Made by a program: the position numbers and the translations under genes
Source of the DNA: Eledone cirrhosa
Lineage: Eukaryota
Reading direction: 5' to 3'
NCBI GenBank assembly: GCA_964016885.1
Contig: OZ024753.1
Location: 41,850,001-41,914,000, forward strand
Length of the DNA: 64,000 bases
The notes under the pieces: model-generated
Told to the model about the DNA's origin: nothing
The model's database searches: none
Seen by the model: only the letters and a program-made list of their open reading frames with translations
Shown here: positions 53,768 to 64,000 of the stretch, one piece after another
Position numbering within the stretch: position 1 is the first letter of the stretch
How the letters are laid out: each line of letters begins with the position of its first letter

Positions 53768-53887
53768 TTAAGTTTGTGCACTTTTGGCAATTTGGTCCTT
53801 TAAGATAAGAATACTCTGTCTTTGTTCAGGAGGTAACATAGCAATCTGTTGTTCGGTGAGTTGCAATACCTGCATTATGAGGGCAGC
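53768..53887 (-). CDS. CSTF2: CSTF2 terminal exon ([39 protein letters not shown])
   Basis: CAG acceptor at 53889-53888; TAA stop at 53770-53768; conserved CstF-64 C-terminal domain. Confidence 0.95.
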   Translation of the reverse strand, partial: AALIMQVLQLTEQQIAMLPPEQRQSILILKDQIAKSAQT

Positions 53888-55865
53888 CTGTAAATAACAA
53901 CAACAATAACAACACTAGGGTTATGAGGGCAGCCTGTAAATAACAACAACAATAACAATACTAGGGTTATGAGGGCAGCCTGTAAATAACAACAACAATA
54001 ACAACACTAGGGTTATGAGGGCAGCCTGTAAATAATAACAACAATAACAATACTAGGGTTATGAGGGCAGCCTGTAAATAACAACAACAATAACAATACT
54101 AGGGTTATGAGGGCAGCCTGTAAATAACAACAACAATAACAACACTAGGGTTATGAGGGCAGCCTGTAAATAACAACAACAATAACAATACTAGGGTTAT
54201 GAGGGCAGCCTGTAAATAACAACAACAATAACAATACTAGGGTTATGAGGGCAGCCTGTAAATAACAACAACAATAACAACACTAGGGTTATGAGGGCAG
54301 CCTGTAAATAATAACAACAATAACAATACTAGGGTTATGAGGGCAGTCTGTAAATAACAACAACAATAACAACACTAGGGTTATGAGGGCCGCCTGTAAA
54401 TAACAACAACAATAACAACACTAGGGTTATGAGGGCAGTCTGTAAATAATAACAACAATAACAACACTAGGGTTATGAGGGCAGCCTGTAAATAATAACA
54501 ACAATAACAACACTAGGGTTATGAGGGCAGCCTGTAAATAACAACAACAATAACAACACTAGGGTTATGAGGGCAGCCTGTAAATAACAACAACAATAAC
54601 AATACTAGGGTTATGAGGGCAGCCTGTAAATAATAACAACAATAACAATACTAGGGTTATGAGGGCAGCCTGTAAATAATAACAACAATAACAACACTAG
54701 GGTTATGAGGGCAGCCTGTAAATAACAACAACAATAACAACACTAGGGTTATGAGGGCAGCCTGTAAATAACAACAACAATAACAATACTAGGGTTATGA
54801 GGGCAGCCTGTAAATAACAACAACAATAACAATACTAGGGTTATGAGGGCAGCCTGTAAATAACAACAACAATAACAACACTAGGGTTATGAGGGCAGCC
54901 TGTAAATAATAACAACAATAACAATACTAGGGTTATGAGGGCAGCCTGTAAATAATAACAACAATAACAACACTAGGGTTATGAGGGCAGCCTGTAAATA
55001 ACAACAACAATAACAACACTAGGGTTATGAGGGCAGCCTGTAAATAACAACAACAATAACAATACTAGGGTTATGAGGGCAGCCTGTAAATAACAACAAC
55101 AATAACAATACTAGGGTTATGAGGGCAGCCTGTAAATAACAACAACAATAACAATACTAGGGTTATGAGGGCAGCCTGTAAATAACAACAACAATAACAA
55201 TACTAGGGTTATGAGGGCAGCCTGCAAATAACAACAACAATAACAACACTAGGGTTATGAGGGCAGCCTGTAAATAACAACAACAATAACAACACTAGGG
55301 TTATGAGGGCAGTCTGTAAATAATAACAACAATAACAACACTAGGGTTATGAGGGCAGCCTGTAAATAATAACAACAATAACAACACTAGGGTTATGAGG
55401 GCAGCCTGTAAATAACAACAACAATAACAACACTAGGGTTATGAGGGCAGCCTGTAAATAACAACAACAATAACAACACTAGGGTTATGAGGGCAGACTG
55501 TAAATAACAACAACAATAACAACACTAGGGTTATGAGGGCAGCCTGTAAATAACAACAACAATAACAACACTAGGGTTATGAGGGCAGTCTGTAAATAAC
55601 AACAACACTTGCATTATAGGGTCCTCCAAACCCTGTTTGGCAAGCTTTTTATGGCATCGATGCCCTTCCTAGTATCAACCACGTTACAGCATGTACTGGG
55701 TGTGTTTACTGTGTAGGTCACCAACACTAGGGAGATTGTTGTGCCATTGACACAACAAAGGGGTCCTCTCAATCATATGATGAAACATTTTTTTTACCTT
55801 TTCTATAAAGTCTGAACCTGATAAGACTGTAATTATTCATATTTTCTTCTTTTAACTTTGAACTA

Positions 55866-55925
<60 letters not shown>

Positions 55926-56204
55926 CAAACCTACAGTCAGTAGGCACCCCTTAACCCAATATACACACCAATCCACATACCCTACCCCATCTTCCCATTT
56001 CCATCCACTGTGTAGGTGACACAACAAAAAGCACCCAGTCCACACTGTAAAGGTGGTTGGTGTTAGGAAGGGCATCCAGCCATAGAAAACCTGCCAGAGA
56101 CACATCTGTACAAGTGAGACACGGTCTCCCGACCAATCCCACATCAAATGGAACAAAACTGTCTAACCCATGCTAGCGTGGAAGATGGACGTTAAACAAT
56201 GATG

Positions 56205-56241
<37 letters not shown>

Positions 56242-59200
56242 TATACATACAAACACAACCGCATATATATATATATATAACCTATGCTAGCCTGGAAAAT
56301 GAACATTAGATGATGATGATGATATATATATATATATGCACGCATGGATATGGATTGTATGAGCAAGATGTGTTTCTCGGACCATAACAACCCAAACAAC
56401 ACACACCAGCATGGAAAGCAGACAAAAAATGATGATTGTCTATCATCATCATTTTACGTCCGCTTTTCCCTGCTTGCAAGGGTGGGACGGGAACTGATTC
56501 TGGCTTGATTTCTACAGCTGGATGCCCTTCCTAACACCAACCTCATTTACAGTGAGTGCTGGGTGCTTTTTTGCCGTGGCACCTCCACGACCACTTTGCA
56601 GTGGAATGATAGGGATCCCAGTCCCTATCATCTCATTTCTACAGCTGAGTAAACTGGAGCAATGTGAAATAAAGTGTCTTGCTCAAGGAAACAACACATC
56701 ACCCGGTCTGAGAATTGAACTCACAACCTTTCGATTGCAAACCCATTGCTCTAACCACTAAGCCATGTGCATCCATCTATATATAAATATATATATAACC
56801 TTTTCTCAACTTCATTGTCGGCCATATATCACATGACTGGTCATGTGATAAAGAAATGGCTGGCTGAACAGAAATGCTACAAATGGTACTTAATATAAAA
56901 TATATGACTACGGTAAAAGTATTAGTCAGTTGAGGAAGGATAGTTGGTCATGGTTGGTAGACTAAAGGAACTGATGCAAACAACACAGGAGTGACTAACT
57001 CCTTTGAAGGAAGTTTTCTGGAATATTGAATGTCCATTAAGAAATGGTTGCTCTCATTCCTACAAGAGCTTTGATGTATCACAATTAATCATATTATCAT
57101 TTGTTTGTATGAGCGGCCGGTTACAGCCGGTTTGAAGAGAAAGAGGTGAGAGAATTCTGGCCAGATACGGCCAGTTTAAACCTCTACCATTCACATTACT
57201 CTATATTTACTATTGTATTTTCACAGTAAAAGCTTTACCTTATATAATATTGAATCTATGAGATTTTGATATCTATTTTTAGAACAATACCTTAACATTG
57301 GTATGAGCAGCTGATTACAGCTGGTTTGAACAGGAAGAGGTGAGAGAATTTGGGCTGGATATGGCTGGTTTAAATGCTAAAGGCGCTAAATAAAGTACCA
57401 GTGCACCACTTGGGTTGATTCTTTCTCTATATCTCTTTCTTTCTCCTTCTATGGAAGAAATCATCAGTTTTCAGACCATAAGAAAGGAAGGGCTCTGCCA
57501 GGTTTAAATGCCAAAGACACACCCTTTGTCATGACAGGACCCCCTATGGCTCCATCAAGGGCATCAGGCGTTTAAGGGTCCATTTATATAAAAACAAGAA
57601 CAAAACCATAGTTTCGATAAAACATACATAACATAATAAAAATTAGAAATATGCCCCAAATTGCAACACTTACCCAATATGAATGTCAAAGGTCCTTTGA
57701 AAGAAAAAAACAAAATCTGTTTACTTACCTTCTCTTCATCTTGTGGTGAGATACCAGGGGCCATATGATTGACAGCAGCAGCAGCAGCTCCGCCACCACC
57801 ACCTGCGGCAGCGGCAGCCGCTGCTGCTAGCCCAGGGATCTGTAATATTGGGAAATTAAAAGGAAACTAAAAATATTGTGCCATTCCAAATTCCTTCTGA
57901 AAGGTGGCTCGAATATAAATTAGATTGTAATTCTGATGTAAACCCTTCACTCCCTTTTCCCTCATCTTTACAATTATGAATATAATAATTTAATTATGAA
58001 TATAATCATATATGCCAGGTTAATATGACTGGGACCCTATTATTAAAACAGTGAGGAGCTCTTCTGAGACACAACCTCATAAGAGACCTCAAGACTGGGA
58101 CCCTATCATTAAAACAGTGAGGAGCTCTTCTGAGACACAACCTCATAAGAGACCTCAAGACTGGGACCCTATCATTAAAACACTAAGGAGCTCTTCTGAG
58201 ACACAACCTCATAAGAGACCTCAAGACTGGGACCCTATTATTAAAACACTAAGGAGCTCTTCTGAGACACAACCTCATAAGAGACCTCAAGACTGGGACC
58301 CTATCATTAAAACACTAAGGAGCTCTTCCGAGACACAACCTCATAAGAGACCTCAAGACTGGGAGCCTATTATTAAAACACTAAGGAGCTCTTCTGAGAC
58401 ACAACCTCATAAGAGACCTCAAGACTGGGACCCTATCATTAAAACACTAAGGAGCTCTTCTGAGACACAACCTCATAAGAGACCTCAAGACTGGGAGCCT
58501 ATTATTAAAACACTAAGGAGCTCTTCTGAGACACAACCTCGTAAGAGACCTCAAGACTGGGATCTTATTATTAAAACACTAAGAGACCAGTTAAATCTAC
58601 ATGGATGGGAGCTGTTAATTAAGTTTTCTTATTTCTGTAATAAACCTAATTATCTCTTCTGAAAGATGGATGTTATGTATTATACCTGGTGTGCTCGGAC
58701 ACTTTGAGTTAATCCTTGGAAGTCTCTAAGTGGAGGAATTCTTGGCTCCATGACACGGGGGTCTCTCAACTCCATTCTTGGTACAGGAACAGGTGGTGGA
58801 CATATCTCAGCAAAATGAGGCGGTGGAGGAGGTGCATGTCCTCCCATCTCAGCAGGACGGACTCGTAAATCAACATCTACATCACAAATGGAACATAATT
58901 AATTGATTTCTAATTTAAAGTTAGTAAATCAACATCTAGATCATAAATAGAACATAATTAATTGATTTCTAATTTAAAGTTAGTAAATCAACATCTAGAT
59001 CATAAATAGAACATAATTGATCTCCTAACTAATGTCAGTAAAATGACAACAGTTAAAACTGAATATTAAATACACAATTTAGCATTAAGCAGTAATGTGC
59101 CTGCTTCAGTATTCTGTCATCAGAGGAAGGGAGTTAGGTATAAACGCCAAACTCACTATCTTCAATTCAGTATTTGTGCCAACCCTTACCTTTCGTCATG

Positions 59201-62200
59201 AATCTTGGGTAATAACCAAAAGAATACGATTGTAAATATGTTACTCAATAGAATGTGTATCTCGGAGATCAGAGAATTGCTCCAGATAGAGCCGCTACTT
59301 CTTTGAATTGAGAGATCACTGCTGCGATACATTGAGCATGTGGTTAGAATGTCTTAGGAAAGAATTGCTGGACAGATTTTACAGACAAAACCAATCGGCA
59401 AGAGACACGGGGGTAGACCTACCCCCAGTAAGATGGTTGGATAACATCCATGAGCTTGGCTGGTCTCATTTGGGATCCAGCTAGATCAATTAGAAATGGT
59501 TGCTACTGACAGGATCTTCTGGAAGGATTGTTTGAGGACTCTTTCTCCCACAACCCTCTCAGGAATAAGTGGGCAAAAAAGAAGTGCTAATCATATTAGT
59601 ATTAGCTTTATCTATGGCCAGATGTCCTTCCTGATGCCAACTCTTACTTTTCAGTAAGGTAGAGATTTGTTTACTCAATGATGTTTTAGAAGCAAAGATG
59701 TACAGAAACCTACATATAAATGGTATTGAACCTGAGGTTGTAGCAGAAGATATGTCCAAGATGCCACACAGTGGGACAGAACTTAGAACCACATGCTTTA
59801 GAAGTGACCCTCTAAACCACACAGCTATGACTGTGCCTATTTAAAAACAGATATACAATATCACATAACAGTATGATAAAGGATATTTATTCATCCCAAC
59901 TGCTTGACCTTGATCTTGCTGTCTACCCAATTTCATTCACAAGGGTTGGGTTAACTTGAGCCCATGATAAAAGACATTTGCCTAAGGTACCTCAAAGCAG
60001 GGTTTAATAGAACCCTATGCTTTAGAAGCTAACTACTAAACCACACAGCCATGAAGTAATGGCGATATTTGTAATTCTATAAAATATTTTTTTTTAAATC
60101 ATACCCAATGGAGCTCGAGGTACAATATTATCTAAAGAAGGGGCCGATTGCCTTTCTGTAGCCAACATATTAGGGTTCATCATTCTCTGGGGTATTCCAG
60201 TATTGGCGACAGGGTTGGGACCAGGCAGAGCTGAAAGAAACCAAACACAGTAAACAATATTAACATATGACAGATACACAACATCAAGCATTTCAAGACC
60301 ACTGCTGGCCGAATAATAAGTTTGATAACAGACACACAAGGATCGATCGACCTTCGTCAAATCGGACCGAGGAAACAATGTTTCCGTTGGTCTTTCCAGT
60401 TGCTAGTACTATCTATCGGTTGCAACTCCAGGTAGAAGGAGCAATGTGAAATAAAGTGTCTTGCTCAAGGACATAACGCATCGCCCAGTTCAGGAATCGA
60501 ACTCACAACCTCACGATTGCGAATCCAATTCTCTAACCAATCAGCCACACACCTTCACATACATACACACAAAGGGTTAATAACAGACACACACAGACAG
60601 ACAGATATACACACAAAAGAACAGAAGAAAATGTTTGTACCAGATTGAGGATTTGGTATTAAATTATTCAAGGTAGCGACTGGTACTGTGGTTCCTTGAA
60701 GAGGCCCTCCAGGTATATTGATGGCACCTGAAGTTCCAGCTAATGACATAGTCTACAAATTAAAGAAAATAGAACAGATTTTTAAAAATTGTGACCAAAA
60801 AAAGTAAAAACCCCACAAGAGACCAGGTTTAATGTGTTTTAACGATGGCTGATAATAGAGTCAGACTAACTAATTAAAAATCGCCCAGAAAACAAAAAAA
60901 CTGAAACTCACTGTAGCTGTGTTGCTCAGATTACTGTCTTTCTGACCAGTTAGTGAAGGTAATAATGGTGGAATCTGATTGGAATCTCTGTGAAGCATTG
61001 CCTGTAAAGTAGATAATATTAACATATTTGTGTATAGTTACCCCTCTAAGGTAGATAATATTAACATATTTGAGTATAGTTACCCCTCTAGATACCAAGG
61101 TAGATAATATTAACATATTTGAGTATAGTTACCCCTCTATACACTGTCAGGTGAATGTTAACAACAGTTTCACACAACTCAAGACAAATAAAACAGTTTA
61201 TAATGTTTGTGTATGCAGCAACAGCAGCAGTATAACAACATAATTATTATAACTGACGTTAGTTAAGAATTATTATAACACTAACCGTGGCTACTTGTGG
61301 CTCAACAATCTGCATAACAATCTGAGCCTGAAGCAGAGCATAAGCTAGCTGTGGATTTTGTAACAACATATTTCTGGCCTCATTCGGATTATTCTGGATA
61401 CAGAGCTGAAGAAAAATAAAATAAAACCATTTATATATTGTGAAGATAGAAAACAGTTTATTTCTTAGATAGCTCTCTAAAAATAGAAAACACTTTTTTC
61501 TACACTTTCCCCAATGCTTCAAGCAAACTACTGTTCTAAGCTGAAGGCTTCTGAGGCCGGTGCTTATCCCCAGTTTCCTTGGTGTTAAGCGACAGAGAGT
61601 ACATGATTTTCCCCCTGGACAGGATGCAATGTGAAATAAAGTGCCTTGCTCAAGAACACAACATACAACCCTGTCCAGGAATCAAACCAACAACATTACA
61701 ATTGTAAGTTAAGCATCTTAACAATCCCTCCATGCAGCACTTTCAGTGTCTTCTACTATTACTTGTGAGAGGAATTTGGTAAACAGAAAATGCAGAAGCC
61801 CATTAAATTATGTGTGTGTCTGTTAAGATTTTGTAATTTAGCAATCCAATATGGTTAACTAAATACCTCAAAGGTAAGGATCAACATGGGCAACAAATTC
61901 TGGATTATTATCAAAATCCTTTGAAAATCATTGGCAGTGTTCATTAGAAATATGGTAATGAAAGGGTTAACAACATAGACAGTGTCTTTCATTAGAAATA
62001 TGGTAATGAAAGGGTTAACAACATAGACAGTGTCTTTCATTGGAAATATGGAAATGAAAGGATTAATGACATAGACAGTGTCTTTCATTAGAAATATGGT
62101 ACTGAAAGGGTTAATGACAAAGACAGTGTCTTTCATTAGAAATATGGTACTGAAAGGGTTAATGACATAGACAGTGTCTTTCATTGGAAATATGGTACTG

Positions 62201-62991
62201 AAACGGTTAATGACATAGACAGTGTCTTTCATTAGAAATATGGTAATGAAAGGGTTAACAAAACAAAATAATGAATAAAGATGTTTACCTTCATCTGTTT
62301 CATTAACTCAAACATCTGCTCTGGAGGTAGACTGGCAACTGCTTTGGAGATGGCTTCTGGGGCCTTTTCTGGCTCTACTTGGTCTCCATAGGGACTCTGA
62401 AAGGGGTTTAATTATTACCAATATATTAAATATATTAATGAAAAGATGTATGTTTTAGGGTTTTTTAAAAAACAAATCTAAACAAGTTCCCAGACCTCTC
62501 TCGCTTACTGAGTGGAGTGGAGCTCATGAAATCAGACGAAGGAATTAATGTTTCCATTGTTTTTTTTCCATTGCTGACACTATCTACCAGTTGCAACGTG
62601 AAATAAAGTGTCTTGCTCAAGGACACAATCCATCGCCCGGTCCAGGAATTGAACTTGCAATCGTGAGATTGTGAATCCAATTCCCTAACCACTAAGGCCC
62701 CCAACCCCGCCTTAAGATAGACAAAGTAACAAAGAAAGAAAGAACTTACTTCAACAGGGGGCCCACCTATAGCCTGTTGCATACTCTTTAGTTCCTCTTT
62801 GTTTTGTTCCCCAGCAGCAACACCTACACGTAATGGTCGCCCGTTAAAGTCATAATTGTTGAGATTCCGCATGGCACTTTGTGCTGTTTCAATGTCTTGA
62901 TATTCACAGAAGCCATAACCTTTCGGTTTACCAGTTTCTCTGTCATAAACTAATCTGAAAATTAAAGCATTAAAAAATATTTTTGAATCTG

Positions 62992-63042
<51 letters not shown>

Positions 63043-63653
63043 CAACATTTGTTCTCTGAAAGAGAATTAGGAGAGGAGTAAAGATAAAAAAAACTAATTT
63101 AACAATGGTTTCTAGAATTGATACAATAAAGCCATCAAATTTGAGTGGGTGGTGAAAAGTCAATTAAATTGATCCTGTTGGTAGGGGTTGAAACTGCCCA
63201 AATCCATCTCAACACCCAATAATCATGGAGTTCTGTGTCCGTTGTTTGTAATTTTATTTTTTTAAAATAATTTTTTACGGTTTTTCCTTAAAAAATTACT
63301 TTTCATTTTGCCCTTTTTTGTTAATTTAATTTTCTTATATATATATATATATATATATCATCATCATCGTTACATCCACTTTCCCTGCTAGCAAGGGTTG
63401 GACAGGTCTATATAAATCAAATCAGTACTGAAGCAGTGGCTACTGATCTCCCAGACAACTCACTTATGTATAGTCTCACGTTCTCCCTAGTACACAGGTG
63501 AGGTTGTCATGACTGACACAACTGTTTGGCAAGCTTTCTACGGCTGGATATATAAATATAATAAAGGTTTTTACCTGAAACTAACCACAGGACCAGCCTG
63601 AGCAAAGATCTCCTTCAACTGTTCTTCTGTAGCTTCATAAGGAATGTTTCCGA
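53768..63653 (-). CDS. CSTF2: Cleavage stimulation factor 64 kDa subunit, span of 10 coding exons (first exon right of window)
   Basis: RRM ([16 protein letters not shown]...[10 protein letters not shown]), hinge ([53 protein letters not shown]), Pro/Gly-rich linker and C-terminal domain ([35 protein letters not shown]). Confidence 0.96.
53875..55608. repeat. 46-bp minisatellite made of the CSTF2 terminal-exon acceptor, 38 copies
   Basis: Minus-strand unit CCCTAGTGTTGTTATTGTTGTTGTTATTTACAG|GCTGCCCTCATAA; first and last TTATGA are 1702 bp = 37 x 46 apart. Confidence 0.97.
56443..56772 (-). mobile_element. Young CORE-like SINE copy
   Basis: Near-identical to 7482-7812 and 29435-29773. Confidence 0.85.
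57105..57385 (-). mobile_element. piggyBac-like MITE family 1, reverse orientation, with adjacent partial duplicate
   Basis: CATTACTCTATATTTACTATTG...GAGAGAATT...TTTAAATGCTAAAGG. Confidence 0.65.
57729..57839 (-). CDS. CSTF2: CSTF2 exon (IPGLA8G5A5[15 protein letters not shown])
   Basis: CAG acceptor, GTAAGT donor, 111 nt; ends in PQDxEK preceding the C-terminal domain. Confidence 0.9.
58028..58587. repeat. 66-bp intronic minisatellite, about 8.5 copies
   Basis: Unit GACTGGGACCCTATCATTAAAACACTAAGGAGCTCTTCTGAGACACAACCTCATAAGAGACCTCAA. Confidence 0.95.
58686..58876 (-). CDS. CSTF2: CSTF2 exon ([21 protein letters not shown]...[12 protein letters not shown]...AHQ)
   Basis: TAG acceptor, GTATAA donor, 191 nt, phase 1/0; Pro-rich with DPR motif. 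Confidence 0.82.
58865..59020. repeat. 59-bp triplication spanning a CSTF2 acceptor
   Basis: GTAAATCAACATCTA at 58865, 58924, 58983. Confidence 0.9.
59090..59585 (+). mobile_element. RTE-clade (Expander/Rex3-like) LINE 3' fragment, decayed
   Basis: [41 protein letters not shown]...[20 protein letters not shown]...RGRP...RWLDNI with stops and frameshifts. Confidence 0.8.
60105..60230 (-). CDS. CSTF2: CSTF2 exon ([20 protein letters not shown]...PRAPL)
   Basis: CAG acceptor, GTATGA donor, 126 nt, phase 1/1. Confidence 0.82.
60641..60752 (-). CDS. CSTF2: CSTF2 exon ([20 protein letters not shown]...PNPQS)
   Basis: TAG acceptor, GTACAA donor, 112 nt, phase 0/1. Confidence 0.8.
60912..61001 (-). 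CDS. CSTF2: CSTF2 exon ([30 protein letters not shown])
   Basis: CAG acceptor, GTGAGT donor, 90 nt in frame. Confidence 0.85.
61009..61139. repeat. About 41-49-bp triplication abutting a CSTF2 acceptor
   Basis: GTAGATAATATTAACATATTTG-GTATAGTTACCCCTCTA three times. Confidence 0.88.
61286..61405 (-). CDS. CSTF2: CSTF2 exon ([40 protein letters not shown])
   Basis: CAG acceptor, GTTAGT donor, 120 nt. Confidence 0.95.
61933..62258. repeat. 48-bp tandem array of the family-2 MITE right terminus, about 7 copies
   Basis: Unit GACAGTGTCTTTCATTAGAAATATGGTAATGAAAGGGTTAATGACATA contains TIR plus TTAA. Confidence 0.9.
62289..62396 (-). CDS. CSTF2: CSTF2 exon ([36 protein letters not shown])
   Basis: CAG acceptor, GTAAAC donor, 108 nt. 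Confidence 0.95.
62750..62954 (-). CDS. CSTF2: CSTF2 exon ([18 protein letters not shown]...GGPPVE)
   Basis: CAG acceptor, GTAAGT donor, 205 nt, contains RNP1. Confidence 0.95.
63575..63653 (-). CDS. CSTF2: CSTF2 exon ([25 protein letters not shown])
   Basis: Pyrimidine tract plus CAG, GTAAAA donor, 79 nt. Confidence 0.95.
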
Positions 63654-63680
63654 CTGAAGAAGAAAGGGAAAGAGTTCATC

Positions 63681-63890
63681 AGTTATAGATATCATTTGGC
63701 ATTGATTTAAATAAAGGTAAGAGTTATAGATATCATTTGGCATTGATTTAAATAAAGGTAAGAGTTATAGATATCATTTGGCATTGATTTAAATAAAGGT
63801 AAGAGTTATAGATATCATTTGGCATTGATTTAAATAAAGGTAAGAGTTATAGATATCATTTGGCATTGATTTAAATAAAGGTAAGGGTTA
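63681..63890. repeat. 41-bp minisatellite, 5 copies, about 26 nt upstream of a CSTF2 acceptor
   Basis: Unit AGTTATAGATATCATTTGGCATTGATTTAAATAAAGGTAAG. Confidence 0.93.
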
Positions 63891-64000
63891 TGTTACAGTA
63901 ATATTAATATTTACTTAGGAGAAGTTTAATTAAATCTATTTATCATCATGATAAGGCAAGAAACTGGCAGAGTCGTTAGAACGTTGTATAGAATGCTTTG

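Noticed and set aside
58051-58662. 203-aa ORF of 22-aa repeats on the + strand
   Set aside because: Translation of a 66-bp intronic minisatellite, antisense to CSTF2, starting at GTG, with no recognisable domain.
62465-63163. 232-aa ORF as a single-exon protein
   Set aside because: Only 62750-62954 is exonic; the rest is intron, (TA)n and SINE read-through.

Overview
AT-rich, intron- and repeat-dense animal genomic DNA. The SINE/MITE/microsatellite landscape suggests a mollusc, probably an octopus-like cephalopod (inference). Three spliced housekeeping genes lie in tandem on the minus strand, rebuilt by hand from GT/AG boundaries and reading-frame continuity: (1) CSTF2/CstF-64, 10 coding exons at 63653-53768, with the first exon beyond the right edge; (2) a complete D-type cyclin, 5 exons, 286 aa, 39131-28009; (3) V-ATPase V1 subunit E, 7 exons at 14226-859, with the remaining exons beyond the left edge. 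Nearly all long ORFs in the supplied track are microsatellite or minisatellite artefacts. Main unusual signals: minisatellites built from the genes' own splice junctions (38 tandem copies of the CSTF2 terminal 3' splice site, about 19 copies of the ATP6V1E exon-7 5' splice site, and a triplicated CSTF2 internal acceptor); three type-I hammerhead ribozyme folds in two sequence families, one with apparent stem-I covariation; satellites growing out of piggyBac-like MITE ends and from one SINE module; and a 4-kb fixed-core/variable-(CA)n array with a 1.2-kb higher-order duplication.
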